Part shown: in pieces, positions 38,084 to 49,246 of the stretch | Position numbering within the stretch: the stretch's first letter is position 1 | Layout: each line of letters starts with the position of its first letter | Source of the DNA: Opitutales bacterium | Lineage (GTDB): Bacteria; Verrucomicrobiota; Verrucomicrobiia; Opitutales; PNEW01 | Assembly (NCBI GenBank): GCA_965197745.1 | Contig: CBDANS010000005.1 | Span: 224,001 to 288,000 of the forward strand | Direction: 5' to 3' | DNA length: 64,000 nt | Notes under the pieces: generated by a model | Databases searched by the model: none | Told to the model about the DNA's origin: nothing | What the model saw: only the letters and a program-made list of their open reading frames with translations | Program-made: the position numbers and the translations under genes

Positions 38084-38635
38084 TTATTTTTGCTTTTTGG
38101 TGATTACACGCCTGCGTAAAGGTGTACTTCTATTCGTTATGGCTTTCTTTTCCTGTCTCAAGGCGGCGTTATTGACAACAGAACCTGCGGCATTTCTCTG
38201 TTGATCAGTAATCACCGGTAATGTCTCCCCCGAGGGCCTGATGCGCGTTAATTTCTCGGTTTGGCCCTTATACTCTATCTCAATTAAGTCATTATTTTTT
38301 TCAAAACGTAAAACCCGATAGGGTGCATTGGGCTCTCGAAGTTTAACCCAATCTCCTCGCTTATCTATGGTATTATAAATATTGAAGTAATACTGATTGG
38401 ATAGGGAAAAAACCCCCCGAAATTCAAGTTTCCGTGACAAAGGTATATTTGAAGCTCCACGCAGATTATGAATATTGGGCGCGTAGCGGGTAAAATCAGC
38501 AGGCACAAATGGGGAGTTTTCAATCAAATCGCTCGCATGAAGAAGGTCAGATGGGCACATGGTTAGCAGTACCCCCACGGAAAAGCATGCCGTGGTATAT
38601 ATTTTTGATACTAATATTGTCACATAATCTTTCAT
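38084..38635 (-). CDS. T2SS-associated protein (GspC-like position)
   Basis: Lies between gspD and gspE; N-terminal hydrophobic segment, SPF and LEFRGV motifs. Confidence 0.5.
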   Translation of the reverse strand: MKDYVTILVSKIYTTACFSVGVLLTMCPSDLLHASDLIENSPFVPADFTRYAPNIHNLRGASNIPLSRKLEFRGVFSLSNQYYFNIYNTIDKRGDWVKLREPNAPYRVLRFEKNNDLIEIEYKGQTEKLTRIRPSGETLPVITDQQRNAAGSVVNNAALRQEKKAITNRSTPLRRRVITKKQK

Positions 38636-40611
38636 TATTTTCTTCCATCCTCGGGATTGTTATTTCCGATTTTACCGGTGTCTAAGTATCCCTCAATTTC
38701 TACATTTTTCGAAAGACGGTTTAATTGTTCTACTGCATCTCGATTGGCTTCATCTGTGGTCAATAATACTTCTGGTCTGATGAACATAAGCAGTTCTCGT
38801 TTCACTTGTTCATCTGCTTTGGACCGGAATAGCTTTCCAATGAGGGGGATTTCACCCAGGAATGCCATGCGTCCTCGAATTTCGGTGTTATCTAGTTGCT
38901 GTAGTCCGCCTAAAACGACCAACTCCTGATCCGCTACACTGATAAATGATTTTGCCTGTCGCTTTCCAATAATCGGTTGATCATTTCCGTCTATCGTTAC
39001 CGTATCCACTACGCTTTCAACTTTCTGATCAATTTCCATTTGGATAATACCGTTGGGCCCGATAAGTGGCTTTACTATTAATTCGATTCCAATATCGCGA
39101 AACTGGACATTGCTGCGAATTGAAGTACCCAAAGTGCTGTCTGACTGGGTAGCTGTGATGACAGGGCGGGATTGGGCGACGTTTATTGTTGCTTCCTGGT
39201 TATGGGTTGTGACCAGTGTAGGTGCAGATAAGATTTTAACTTCTGTATTTCGCCGCGCCGTGTTTAATATAGTTTCAATGGAAAAGTTTTTTAACGAACC
39301 ACTGACTGAATAAGCCTGAGGCAGTCTTGTCGTCCCCGGACCCTGGACACCGAAATTTATTTCATCTAAACCCGCCAGGTTGAAATCAATATTGAAGGCG
39401 TCAATGCCCCGCACATAATCATTGCTCAAGGTCACTTCAGCTATCACTACTTCAATGCGGACCTGCGCTAAGAGCGTATCAATTTTATCTACAATATCGC
39501 GTAAATATACGAGGTCATTAGGAGTCCCAGAAGCGACAATAGAGTTGCTGCGAGGGTCAGCAACGATCGTAAGAAAGTCACTGAATTGAAGATTTTTTGT
39601 ATTAATTTTCGAAAGAATATCAGCACGAGTGGATGCGCCTGTTTGCCCGGCTCTTTGCCCTCTCGTTGTTCCACGATCACTGCGTTCATCTCTTGACCGC
39701 TGCTGTCCGGTGAGGACCTGCTCAATGAGATCGGTAACCTCAGTGGCATCAGCGTGTTTGAGAGCCAGTATCTCAGTTTGGGTGATCGGAGCGACATCGA
39801 CATCAAACTTGGAAATGAGGTCGTCGATTAGATTCTTATTACTTGGGTGGGTAAAAATAACCAGTTGATTGCTGCGTTCGATAGCCTCGAATGTTGTATT
39901 ATTTTCCAGATGGCGTTTCAGGCTGCCCGTTTGCATGGACTGAAGACGTTTCACGACATCAGTAGCTGATGCGTGCTTTAATGTAAAAAATAGAATTTCA
40001 ACTTTCAACTCCGAGGGTTGGTCCACCTTCGACAGCACATTTTCAATACGCTGGAGGTTGATTAAAGGATCAGTGACAAGAAGGGCGTTTGATTTAGGGA
40101 AGGCGATTGGTGCGCCTTGCGTAAGCAATGGTTGAATAACGGGGACAACCTCTTCCGTAGTCAAATAACTCAGATAAAAGAATTTTGAAAAAATTTTCTG
40201 GCTCGGAGTGCTGTCAAGCGTAGTTTCCTTAATCATGCTGGGTGCCTGAGTAGCGACAATATTTGAGGGGACAGCCTTAAGGAATTTGTCACCAATTTCA
40301 GTAATGGCGATACCGTTTAGACTGAGAAGACTTTCCATGGCGAGGATGGCGTCAGCTTTTGTCATCGCACTTTGACTGCTGAAATTAATCTGTAATTTAG
40401 GCAGATTCTGCTGCCTTAAAACCGATTTCCCGGTAAAGCGTTCCAGCATGTCGAGGACTTCATTCGCGCCCATATCGCTAATACGAATTATACCCACCGA
40501 TTCCAATTCCTCGGGAGGCAAAGAATCTTGTTCCTGTGCTGAAATAGACAACACAGGCAAACAAGAAGTTACCAAAGTAAGCAGTAAGATATTAGGTTTA
40601 AGGGTCATCAT
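38635..40611 (-). CDS. gspD: Type II secretion secretin D
   Basis: Signal peptide, N-domain repeats (LKHASA, LKHADA), QVRIEVVIAEV, LSAPTL, VLGGL, IPLIGKLF, ELLMFIRP. Confidence 0.92.
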   Translation of the reverse strand: MMTLKPNILLLTLVTSCLPVLSISAQEQDSLPPEELESVGIIRISDMGANEVLDMLERFTGKSVLRQQNLPKLQINFSSQSAMTKADAILAMESLLSLNGIAITEIGDKFLKAVPSNIVATQAPSMIKETTLDSTPSQKIFSKFFYLSYLTTEEVVPVIQPLLTQGAPIAFPKSNALLVTDPLINLQRIENVLSKVDQPSELKVEILFFTLKHASATDVVKRLQSMQTGSLKRHLENNTTFEAIERSNQLVIFTHPSNKNLIDDLISKFDVDVAPITQTEILALKHADATEVTDLIEQVLTGQQRSRDERSDRGTTRGQRAGQTGASTRADILSKINTKNLQFSDFLTIVADPRSNSIVASGTPNDLVYLRDIVDKIDTLLAQVRIEVVIAEVTLSNDYVRGIDAFNIDFNLAGLDEINFGVQGPGTTRLPQAYSVSGSLKNFSIETILNTARRNTEVKILSAPTLVTTHNQEATINVAQSRPVITATQSDSTLGTSIRSNVQFRDIGIELIVKPLIGPNGIIQMEIDQKVESVVDTVTIDGNDQPIIGKRQAKSFISVADQELVVLGGLQQLDNTEIRGRMAFLGEIPLIGKLFRSKADEQVKRELLMFIRPEVLLTTDEANRDAVEQLNRLSKNVEIEGYLDTGKIGNNNPEDGRK

Positions 40612-40633
40612 ACCTTAAACAGGTGTTATTACA

Positions 40634-41167
40634 CTAGAAGGATTTATTTTTCAGCTCAAAGGAAGAGACGAGAAATTGTGCATCAAGCATACTCGGGTTA
40701 GCTTTGTTTGATACGATACGCATCCTTTCTAATCCGAGATAGGGGGATTCTTCTTTAATTTTTCGATCAAACTCGATGAGGTCTTCAATACCACCCTGTT
40801 TAAATTGAATGCGCACGGTATGAGCGTTAAAAATATCGCCTTCTTGTGTCGAAGGAGAGTTGATATCAAAATTCAGGCCTTCATTTCGCGCGATGTTGTC
40901 CAGTTTTTCCACTAATCGTGAGCTGGAATATGTTTTCTGGGGATCGAGACGTTCGAGAGCGCGTGATAATTGTGTTTCAATCGTGTCTTTTTCTTTAATT
41001 ATTTGCGCCTGATATTTTAATTTATAACCGGTCTTTTGGAAGTTTCCGAAAAGGATTTTAAAATCATTTATCAGACTACCCACCCAGACAAAAGCAATAA
41101 TCCATAGAAACACGGTTAATAGCGTGCGTTCTCTAAGAGACATCCTGTTATATAATTTTTTAAACAT
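40634..41167 (-). CDS. gspM: T2SS protein M-like
   Basis: MSLRERTLL followed by a transmembrane helix and coiled coil; position in the cluster. Confidence 0.65.
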   Translation of the reverse strand: MFKKLYNRMSLRERTLLTVFLWIIAFVWVGSLINDFKILFGNFQKTGYKLKYQAQIIKEKDTIETQLSRALERLDPQKTYSSSRLVEKLDNIARNEGLNFDINSPSTQEGDIFNAHTVRIQFKQGGIEDLIEFDRKIKEESPYLGLERMRIVSNKANPSMLDAQFLVSSFELKNKSF

Positions 41168-41185
41168 GGATAAGATGCAGTCTGT

Positions 41186-42406
41186 TTATGGTATCAGCTG
41201 TGCGTCAGCTACGATTTTATCTGAATTAAAGGGCGAAGTATTAAAAGTGACGATCAGTGAGAAAGGGGCCTTGCCGCTCCGGGAAACTATTTTTTCAATT
41301 TTAGCATCAGAAATATGAGGCAGAGTGCGTAATTGCTCGATATAGCGGTTAACGATCTCAACATTACTGGCTTCACCATCGACATGGATCTTATTGTAAC
41401 CATCGGCAACAGCCTGGGTAAAATATATCGATTTCGGTCTTTTTAAATTCAATGCCGCGAGCATTTCAAATGGTTTAAGTTCATTTTGTGCTATTTGTTC
41501 GATGCGCAGGAGAAGGTTATTTTTCTGCTCAATAATCGCAACTGAGCCATCCCTTTCTTCGATTGCATTCTCCCTGAAGTTGATCCAGAGATTCGCGGTT
41601 ATAAACAGAATTTGTAAAAGCAAAAATAGTGCAGCGGCAATACCCACAGCCAGCGTCGAGTGCCATACGCGGCGAGAAAAACTACGCTTTTTGCGCTCTT
41701 TCTGTTTGAATGGAATTTCACGTATATCAGCCTCCCATAATCTATTTTCACTTACAGTATAAGGAGTGGTCGCATTGTCTCCTAATTCGGCATTCTCTTT
41801 TTGTGGCAGAATGCGATGTTCGAATTGGACTTCATTATCAGAATCTACAAAGGTGCCAGTGACCACATTTATAAAGCTTTCAATGTGATAGTTTAAATCC
41901 CCCAAAGAGGATATGAGCATCTGCCTCGTTTCAAAGAGGGCATCTTCTGAAATGTTATTTTCCGGTAATTGAAGCGTTGTGATTCTGACTGGTAAAGTGC
42001 TTTGGGGATTGAACACTAATGCAGAAAGTGAATTCTCATGAGATAAGAATATAATGGTCGGGTCCGCATAAGACTTGTCACATGCGCTGATAAAACCAGG
42101 TAAGACATGATAATACCTCTCTAACTCTTCGATTTTTAAATTCTCCAGCCTTTGTCGATAAGCAGCATAAATTAATATTGTGGGTGATTTCTCATCATGC
42201 AAATAACCCCACGACAATTGCTCCAAGGGGAAGGGTGAAAGTCCCTCGAGTGATAATTCGACAAACTGTTCGATTTCGCTCTCACTAATTCCGGAAGGCA
42301 ACGCTACTGAATGACAGTAAAAAACCTCCCCCGGAACAAGTAATATTTCCCGTTCAGAAGGGTCGTTTCCCAGCTTCAATTCGAGATTATGTAATACGCT
42401 AATCAT
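41186..42406 (-). CDS. gspL: T2SS protein L-like (PilN-like C-terminus)
   Basis: LEGLSPFPLEQ motif, one transmembrane helix, periplasmic domain; position in the cluster. Confidence 0.6.
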   Translation of the reverse strand: MISVLHNLELKLGNDPSEREILLVPGEVFYCHSVALPSGISESEIEQFVELSLEGLSPFPLEQLSWGYLHDEKSPTILIYAAYRQRLENLKIEELERYYHVLPGFISACDKSYADPTIIFLSHENSLSALVFNPQSTLPVRITTLQLPENNISEDALFETRQMLISSLGDLNYHIESFINVVTGTFVDSDNEVQFEHRILPQKENAELGDNATTPYTVSENRLWEADIREIPFKQKERKKRSFSRRVWHSTLAVGIAAALFLLLQILFITANLWINFRENAIEERDGSVAIIEQKNNLLLRIEQIAQNELKPFEMLAALNLKRPKSIYFTQAVADGYNKIHVDGEASNVEIVNRYIEQLRTLPHISDAKIEKIVSRSGKAPFSLIVTFNTSPFNSDKIVADAQLIP

Positions 42407-42449
42407 TACAGAAGAGTAATTAATACACTTTTTAGGGTTAGGATGTCGA

Positions 42450-43553
42450 TTATATTTTACTATTCTCAGTAAGGAGGAGAATCATCATTGAATTATTAAG
42501 GGCAAGTTGTCCGCTTTTATCTTGGTCATTGAGACCATCCGTTGTGTTCCCTTCGTCCTTAACATCCTGTTCTCGACTATTACTTTCAGAAGTAGTGGAA
42601 GTGTTTTGATTCGAGACAATTGCCGTAAGAAGAAAACTGGAATCACCACGACTTACTTGAATAGAAATTTTTAAGACTTGTGCCAATAGGCCGGCCATAC
42701 TGTTGCGAGGATTAAGGCCTTGAGGATAGAATAGGTGGGAGCGTGAATTAATCAGTTGATCGTCTACAGTCCCAACCTGTTCATCGTCACCTTTAAGATA
42801 ATCATATATTGCTTGAGTATCAAATCCTTCAACCCGAGTAACTACGGCAAGGGCAAGGGGAGTGGCAGTATTAAGATTGAGAGGTTCATTATGGTAGAGG
42901 GATACGGCACTTTTGAATTGATCAAATAATTGATTAGGAGTCCCGTCTTCATTTAAAAAATAGGAATCGAAGTCCTTTATTAAAAACAGTTCATCCCAAT
43001 TTTTTATAGCAGTATTGGCTGGCTTGTAAGATGGATTCTGGCGTTTATAATATTCCAACTCAGCTCCATTCAGGCGTGTCAGACTATCGTTATCAATCCA
43101 GTCAAGAAGGCAGTCCGTTAAAGGTTCTGCCTCGGAGAAAGGAATACCTATCTCTTCGAAGAGTGTGTTCAAGATAAGCGGCGTGGCTTGAGCCAGTGAA
43201 ATTTTACCGGTTTCATCTTCAATTTTCACCCCAACTTTCAGATCACTGATTACAGGTATTTGCGCGTAACCAATAGGATCACTCCACCCCTGGACGGGAG
43301 CGTAGAGCCCTCTGTCTATTTCTTGAATTTCGCGTAATACGGCCATCGCTGCCTGGAGATGGGAATGGGCCTCAACGCGCAGCTCATCACGGTTCTGAAA
43401 TAAGCCTGAGTACTTTATTTTAGCAGTCGCTTCTTCCATGAAGGCGAGGACAACGAATGAAGCCAGTGCTATCATCCCCAGGACCGCGGCGAGAATACTG
43501 GCGCGGTTTTTCTGAGAAGCCGAAATGTAATTATTTTTAAAATATAGAGACAT
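42450..43553 (-). CDS. gspK: T2SS minor pseudopilin K
   Basis: RASILAAVL N-terminus, EDETGKI, LLDWID, DELFLIKDF, LNLNTA. Confidence 0.85.
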   Translation of the reverse strand: MSLYFKNNYISASQKNRASILAAVLGMIALASFVVLAFMEEATAKIKYSGLFQNRDELRVEAHSHLQAAMAVLREIQEIDRGLYAPVQGWSDPIGYAQIPVISDLKVGVKIEDETGKISLAQATPLILNTLFEEIGIPFSEAEPLTDCLLDWIDNDSLTRLNGAELEYYKRQNPSYKPANTAIKNWDELFLIKDFDSYFLNEDGTPNQLFDQFKSAVSLYHNEPLNLNTATPLALAVVTRVEGFDTQAIYDYLKGDDEQVGTVDDQLINSRSHLFYPQGLNPRNSMAGLLAQVLKISIQVSRGDSSFLLTAIVSNQNTSTTSESNSREQDVKDEGNTTDGLNDQDKSGQLALNNSMMILLLTENSKI

Positions 43554-44184
43554 TTTTACTGTGTAATGGAAGATGAAGAGGCATTTCGCGAAATTCACCG
43601 TCATGTTCAAATTTCAATAAAAGGAAATCAGGAACAATGGGTTTCCTCCTTTGATCAAGATCAGGAGAATCCAGAATTTCCCACTTATCATCATCGGTTT
43701 TATAATAACAGTAACGGATACTGTTTAAGAGAGGAGATAGGACAGTGCGATGAACATCGTCTATGTCTTCAATTTCCCGCAGATTTGAATACCAGAGAAG
43801 ATACAGGCCGTCGCTCTTCTGAAAGTAAAGATAACAGGTTAAATCAGTATAATCACGCCCGGGCATTGCTAAGAGCGCGGGTATTTCCTTCAGATTAAAA
43901 GTAAGGAGAGGTTCATCAAATTCACTGTAACCGGGTGGTCGGTTCCAAGTGATAGAAGATGTCTGATAATCATTTGAAATTTCTGATTGTTTGAGAGCCT
44001 TATTGAGAAAATAAATCACCCCTTCTACATGCTGGTCAAAAAAATGATCATCTCCTTTTATAAACCAGATATGGGCTAGGGAAACGAGATACACGGAAAC
44101 AGCGGTCAACAGCATACTTCCTACGGCAAGGGCGAGGAGTATTTCTATCAGCGTAAATGCGTTTATGCGTCGTTTAGAATACAT
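43537..44184 (-). CDS. gspJ: Minor pseudopilin (GspJ position)
   Basis: Prepilin motif AFTLIEILLAL; position in the cluster. Confidence 0.7.
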   Translation of the reverse strand: MYSKRRINAFTLIEILLALAVGSMLLTAVSVYLVSLAHIWFIKGDDHFFDQHVEGVIYFLNKALKQSEISNDYQTSSITWNRPPGYSEFDEPLLTFNLKEIPALLAMPGRDYTDLTCYLYFQKSDGLYLLWYSNLREIEDIDDVHRTVLSPLLNSIRYCYYKTDDDKWEILDSPDLDQRRKPIVPDFLLLKFEHDGEFREMPLHLPLHSKNVSIF

Positions 44185-44187
44185 GAA

Positions 44188-44655
44188 TTAATAGTTATAT
44201 AAACGATTTGAAAACAACCGATCAGAGTTTTCTACAATTATTGCCGATCGCTCTATGGGGTCAGACCATTCAGGTCTTAATAGAATCAAATTTTGGGTGA
44301 AGACATTAGTTGTGTTATCATCCGGTGATTGAAGCTCTAGCGATAAAGTGACATAGAATAGATCGCTGACCTGGGCTTGTTCTATTGTTGCTATCCAGTA
44401 GACGGTTCCTGAAGACAAAGTTTCCATCTGACCGCCAGCTTCGAGTAAATCGCGATTCGTTTCTTTGATAATCTGTGAACGCGCAAACTTTATATCAGCT
44501 TCAAGTAATGATTCACTTCCTATAGTATTTAAACTTACCATGGTGTTAACGAAAGCCTGGGTGATGACAACTACGGCGAGCGCAAAAATAGCTAAAGCCA
44601 GAGTGACTTCAATAAGGGAAAAAGCGGACTGGTATCGGGTGGGGACTTTTTTCAT
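44188..44655 (-). CDS. gspI: Minor pseudopilin (GspI position)
   Basis: AFSLIEVTLALAIFA. Confidence 0.7.
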   Translation of the reverse strand: MKKVPTRYQSAFSLIEVTLALAIFALAVVVITQAFVNTMVSLNTIGSESLLEADIKFARSQIIKETNRDLLEAGGQMETLSSGTVYWIATIEQAQVSDLFYVTLSLELQSPDDNTTNVFTQNLILLRPEWSDPIERSAIIVENSDRLFSNRLYNY

Positions 44656-45164
44656 TTTTCAGCATTTACTAACTCGAGGTCAGAAAATGGGTCGAATTGA
44701 TGTGTCGATTCTATATCTTCATAGACCAGGGTCGCCATAAACGGGGTAGATGACCGATCGGGGTCGAAGGCAATTCTCTTAACCGCTTCGCTTTTAGGTT
44801 TCTGAGAACTTGAAAAAAAAGTACCCCTATCCGGCAATAGTTGGTGAAAAGTAACCTGATGACTGCTGTTATTCACGTTTTTACCGCTATCAAATGACGA
44901 TAAGACATTTCCCTGAGAATTAATGATGATGATTTCTTTTTTCTCTTCATCGAAACTTAAAAAGACGATCTCTTTTCGTATCGCGGCGATATAACGAGCA
45001 TCCCGAACAGCAATTTTTAAAAGTTGGGGTAGTGTTTTTTCATTTTGACCGGCAAATATGGCATCAATGTTAGTTATCACCAGACCTGTAATGAGGGCTA
45101 AGATGCCCATCGCAAGCATCAATTCAATGAGCGAGAAAGCGTGTAGTTGATTGCCCTTTTTCAT
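44652..45164 (-). CDS. gspH: Minor pseudopilin (GspH position)
   Basis: AFSLIELMLAM; ARYIA motif. Confidence 0.7.
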   Translation of the reverse strand: MKKGNQLHAFSLIELMLAMGILALITGLVITNIDAIFAGQNEKTLPQLLKIAVRDARYIAAIRKEIVFLSFDEEKKEIIIINSQGNVLSSFDSGKNVNNSSHQVTFHQLLPDRGTFFSSSQKPKSEAVKRIAFDPDRSSTPFMATLVYEDIESTHQFDPFSDLELVNAEK

Positions 45165-45334
45165 TTTAAATTTTTTATAAGGGGGCTACGAATGAGCGAT
45201 CTACGCAGGAAAAGCATTTACCGAAATATAAAGTTCAACGCTGAGTTTTAGAGATCGAGCGATACGTTATATATTCTGATAAACCCTCTCTCCACTGGGT
45301 TTGATTCTTAAACTAGCGATAAAGTAATCAATGA

Positions 45335-45754
45335 CTACCAGTTACCTATATCATCCCCGCTTTCACTTCCATCCGGGCCGAATGAATAAAGGTCATAACT
45401 ATCACTTTTCTTAGTTCCGGGATAGCGGTACTGATAGGGGGTTCCCCAAGGATCTAAAGGTATCGTGGAATCTTTTAGGTAAGGTCCTTTCCAACGCTGA
45501 GCGCTAGCCGCAGGCGGCTTTATGAGCGCTTCCAGCCCTTCCTGGGTAGTGGGATATCTCCCGATATCCATACGGTATTTTAAGAGGGGAGTTTCAAGGC
45601 TGTTTCTGACGAAAGTTCTAGCCGTATCTTCCTGGGCGCCACTAAAAATGCCAGTGAAGTTCGCAACCACAATACCCGCGAGGAGGGCTATTATGGCGAG
45701 AACAATTAATATCTCAATGAGCGAAAAACCCGATTTGATTCTGATAGCGCGCAT
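45335..45754 (-). CDS. gspG: Major pseudopilin G
   Basis: GFSLIEILIV, YPTTQEGLEAL, WKGPYL, DPWG.PYQY, SFGPDG...DDIGNW. Confidence 0.95.
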   Translation of the reverse strand: MRAIRIKSGFSLIEILIVLAIIALLAGIVVANFTGIFSGAQEDTARTFVRNSLETPLLKYRMDIGRYPTTQEGLEALIKPPAASAQRWKGPYLKDSTIPLDPWGTPYQYRYPGTKKSDSYDLYSFGPDGSESGDDIGNW

Positions 45755-46077
45755 GGGTTAAATTGCTATTTTTATAAAGGGATAGATAATTAAGATCTTG
45801 AGCCTTATCTTAAAGTTACTAATTCCGGTAATTAGCGGAACCAAGGCATTACTCTATTATACCAATAGCTGAGATTGAAAATATTGTATTTTTTTCAGTT
45901 TGTCAATTGACAACTAAAGGCACCGCTTCAGAGGGTATGATTACAATAATAAGCAAGCGTGTGTTCAGGAAAAGAGAAAACACCGATCTAATTATAAACT
46001 TAGCTTACAACTATAAAGTGTGAACCTGCCCCGTGACCGTGTATTAAAATATAGAAATGCAATGCATTCACCTGCGA

Positions 46078-47457
46078 TCAGGAACTCCTGGCAGCGGCGC
46101 GTCGAATACGCTCTACTTGTTCGAGTAAATCTTGAACAAAATCCTTGTAATCTGCGCTTTGAGCATCGCGTAATAATTCGGTAGCATTACTCCATTTATT
46201 GTTGGCAACCATCAATCGGGCATGGGCGACGAGCGCTTCTGCGCGAAATTTGTCCACTTCCTGTGCTCGTTCAAACATCAAAATCGCTCTTTCGATTTCA
46301 CCATTATCACCGTAATAGGTGCCCAGGGTAATCAGTGCCGGTCCGCGCAGGGGGTCGCGTTCTACAATTTTTTCCAAGGTGGCTTTTGCTTTTATTCCCT
46401 CTCCCTGAGCAATCGCTATCTGCGACTGTAATGTCATGAGCGTTAACTCCTCCTCGTCAGTAGTCCGACCACGATAGACCCTTCTTATTTTATTAACCAG
46501 CGACGATGCCTTGTCATAGGAGCCTTCTTGAGTTAAAGAATAGGCTACTTGCAGGGGTCCATCGAGTTTTTGCTTGGGGTTTTTATCAATTGCCGCGAGA
46601 TAGGCTTTCAGGGCAGGTTCGAGCATTTGCTTTTCCAAGTAAATTTCTGCCAGCAATTGCAGGCTCTCTGCCGGAGCTTTACCCGTTCTCATCAGAATTA
46701 ATATATTGGCGGCAGCTTCATCATATTCTTTAAGACCGGCTTGACTGATCGAGAGAAGCACCCAGTTATCAGGTTCATTTGGATTCAATCGAAGCATCTC
46801 TTCAAAGAGATCTCTACTCTCCTTGTATTTTCCCTGATTAAGCAGGCTTCGCGCTAAACCGTTTTTCCAATCCAAATTTCCAGGCTCCGCAATGAGCGCT
46901 ACAGAATAGGCTTGCTCAGCAGCGAGCGTTTTTTCCTGTAACTGGTAACAATAGCCTAAGAGCCCGTAAGTGCGCCCTTCATTGTCACCCAAAACAATGG
47001 ATTTCGTGAGATATTTTACGGCGTCATCAATTTCCTCTAATCTGACACTTATTATAGATAGCGCTTTGTGTGCCCGTAAGTAGTTAGGGTACTTTTTAGC
47101 AGCCTCTAACATATGAAGTTTGGCTTGTTGTAAGTTTCCAATCTGGAGATTGAGTTGACCCAGGACGAAGGTCATGGCAGCGCTCGATTCAGTGGTAAGT
47201 GATTCATCCAGTATTTCTATCGCTTCTCCGGCACGATGGGGTAAAAGGTCTCTAATCTGGTAAAGTAAATCACGTTCTTCCACTGAGATTCTAGGTTCTC
47301 TTTCGACAACGAACGCAAGATCGCCCACGAATCTTTGTTGCCAGTATGGATTTTCGTACATATCTGCGAGGGGATTTTTTGGGCGTCTTCTTTGTCCATT
47401 GAGAATCCCCCAAATACTAAATATTGCGATGATCAATAAAATAATAGATTTTTTCAT
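46078..47457 (-). CDS. Tetratricopeptide repeat protein (TonB2-cluster type)
   Basis: Signal peptide and multiple TPR-like helical repeats; directly downstream of tonB. Confidence 0.8.
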   Translation of the reverse strand: MKKSIILLIIAIFSIWGILNGQRRRPKNPLADMYENPYWQQRFVGDLAFVVEREPRISVEERDLLYQIRDLLPHRAGEAIEILDESLTTESSAAMTFVLGQLNLQIGNLQQAKLHMLEAAKKYPNYLRAHKALSIISVRLEEIDDAVKYLTKSIVLGDNEGRTYGLLGYCYQLQEKTLAAEQAYSVALIAEPGNLDWKNGLARSLLNQGKYKESRDLFEEMLRLNPNEPDNWVLLSISQAGLKEYDEAAANILILMRTGKAPAESLQLLAEIYLEKQMLEPALKAYLAAIDKNPKQKLDGPLQVAYSLTQEGSYDKASSLVNKIRRVYRGRTTDEEELTLMTLQSQIAIAQGEGIKAKATLEKIVERDPLRGPALITLGTYYGDNGEIERAILMFERAQEVDKFRAEALVAHARLMVANNKWSNATELLRDAQSADYKDFVQDLLEQVERIRRAAARSS

Positions 47458-47478
47458 AATTAGGATTTACGACACAGA

Positions 47479-48135
47479 TTAACGAACAGAAAATGCAATA
47501 GGTAGACGCATCTTGGTTTTTACTTTTCTCCCATCCTTGATCCCTGCCGTAAAGCGCCATTTCTTGATTGCGTCTAAAGCCGGTTTATCAAAGGCATAGT
47601 CAGTTGAAGATTCTATACGCGGAAGACGGACCGTTCCTGATTCATCCACGATAAACATAATGACTACTCTCCCCCCCGCGCCAATACGCCGCAATGATGT
47701 TGGATAGACGGGGCGAACCGACGTAAGGACTCGTGGAATTTCATCGAGATCTTCCAAATCGAACAAAAGATTGCCAAGATTTGCCCCGATCTCGAACGCG
47801 GGAATGCTGAAAGCACCTGAAAAGTTCGTGCTTAAATCCGTATTCAGAGAAAGTTCAAGCTGTTCAAGGGTCGGTGGTTCACGCTCTTCCTCCATTTCCG
47901 GTTCCTCTTCTTCAAATTCCTCTTCCTCTGGAGGCGGCGGTTCCGGAGGTGGGGGGGGCGGGGGAGGTAACATCATTTCAGAGAGGGTAATATCTGTTTT
48001 GTCTTTCTGAAAGGAAAGCATCTGCGATAGCGGTATGAGCATGAAGAGTAAAAACGAAATAACAACAGAACCAATTACCGCGATTCTGGGATTCCCCCCC
48101 AATTCAGGAACGGTGTTAATATTTTTATCGGCCAT
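47479..48135 (-). CDS. tonB: Energy transducer TonB
   Basis: Transmembrane helix, poly-Pro/Glu linker, PVYP...G.V...FIVDESG...FDKPALDAIKKWRF. Confidence 0.92.
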   Translation of the reverse strand: MADKNINTVPELGGNPRIAVIGSVVISFLLFMLIPLSQMLSFQKDKTDITLSEMMLPPPPPPPPEPPPPEEEEFEEEEPEMEEEREPPTLEQLELSLNTDLSTNFSGAFSIPAFEIGANLGNLLFDLEDLDEIPRVLTSVRPVYPTSLRRIGAGGRVVIMFIVDESGTVRLPRIESSTDYAFDKPALDAIKKWRFTAGIKDGRKVKTKMRLPIAFSVR

Positions 48136-48180
48136 GCGATGATGCTTAAATTGATGAAATAGTGATTATAAAAATAGACC

Positions 48181-48585
48181 TTATAATTCTGTTGAGATAC
48201 TGATACGTTCAGCACCGCCCAGTTTTGATTCGTCAACAACGCGAACGACGGTGCCGGCAGCCGCGGATACATCAACTTGCAGAATCACGGGCATTGGTTC
48301 TTTTTGTGTAAGTCGAGTAACTATGGGGCGTACACCGCCAATACCAATTTCTCTACCCCCGTAGACCACTTTACTCGAATCAGTGATGGCAATGAGAATG
48401 CTATTCTTCGCCAAATCCTTTGCTGAAATGGCAAACGGTTTTCTAACCTCTACCCCGGGCTCCTCAACAAATACGGTGGTGACGATAAAAAAAATGAGGA
48501 GAATGAACACCATATCAATCAGTGGTGATATATTTAACTCATACTGTTCTTCTTCTTGATTTAAAAGTGTGGATTTTCTGGGCAT
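48181..48585 (-). CDS. exbD: Biopolymer transporter ExbD
   Basis: [20 protein letters not shown]. Confidence 0.93.
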   Translation of the reverse strand: MPRKSTLLNQEEEQYELNISPLIDMVFILLIFFIVTTVFVEEPGVEVRKPFAISAKDLAKNSILIAITDSSKVVYGGREIGIGGVRPIVTRLTQKEPMPVILQVDVSAAAGTVVRVVDESKLGGAERISISTEL

Positions 48586-48604
48586 GGCGGCTTTTTAATT
48601 CAAT

Positions 48605-49225
48605 TTAAGCTGCTTTAGATTTGATGCCTTCCTGGATGGCGTTATTTTCTAATTGGGCAAGGAAGGCGACATACAGGTTACGCCGTTTAATGATTTCGGA
48701 AATCATGATAAGACCCGGAATCGCTACCATGAGGCCGGTTTGAGTGGTGATGAGCGCTTCTGAGATACCCGAGGCGACAAGATCAACGGTTTGACCGGTA
48801 CTACCTGCCAAACCTTTAAATGTTGTTAGCATTCCTATTACGGTGCCGAGCAATCCCATTAATGGCGCGGTCGTGACAACGGCGCTGAGGGTGACAATTC
48901 TCTGATTAACATCTGGTAGAGTCTGCGTTTTTACATCCTGGATTCTATCGACGATGGTTTGCGGTTCATAACCTTCATCGACTACATAGCGTATGACATC
49001 GCCTATATGCCCTTTACCGGTATCCGGTTTTCGGACCCACGGTAGCCAGATTTCAATGGGGTTGTCTTTTAACCGGGCTTTGTTCAAGTGGACAATCATC
49101 TCTGTCGCCTGATAGTAAATATATATGGTCACTGCCAGCAAGGGAATCATGACCCAACCACCCTGGGTCCATACCCCTATGATATAATCAATTAGGCCAA
49201 TTTCCGACTGAACATTACTAGGCAT
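48605..49225 (-). CDS. exbB: MotA/TolQ/ExbB proton channel
   Basis: APLMGLLGTVIGM, GISEALITTQTGL. Confidence 0.9.
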   Translation of the reverse strand: MPSNVQSEIGLIDYIIGVWTQGGWVMIPLLAVTIYIYYQATEMIVHLNKARLKDNPIEIWLPWVRKPDTGKGHIGDVIRYVVDEGYEPQTIVDRIQDVKTQTLPDVNQRIVTLSAVVTTAPLMGLLGTVIGMLTTFKGLAGSTGQTVDLVASGISEALITTQTGLMVAIPGLIMISEIIKRRNLYVAFLAQLENNAIQEGIKSKAA

Positions 49226-49246
49226 GAGAAGCGGCTTTTGATTTAT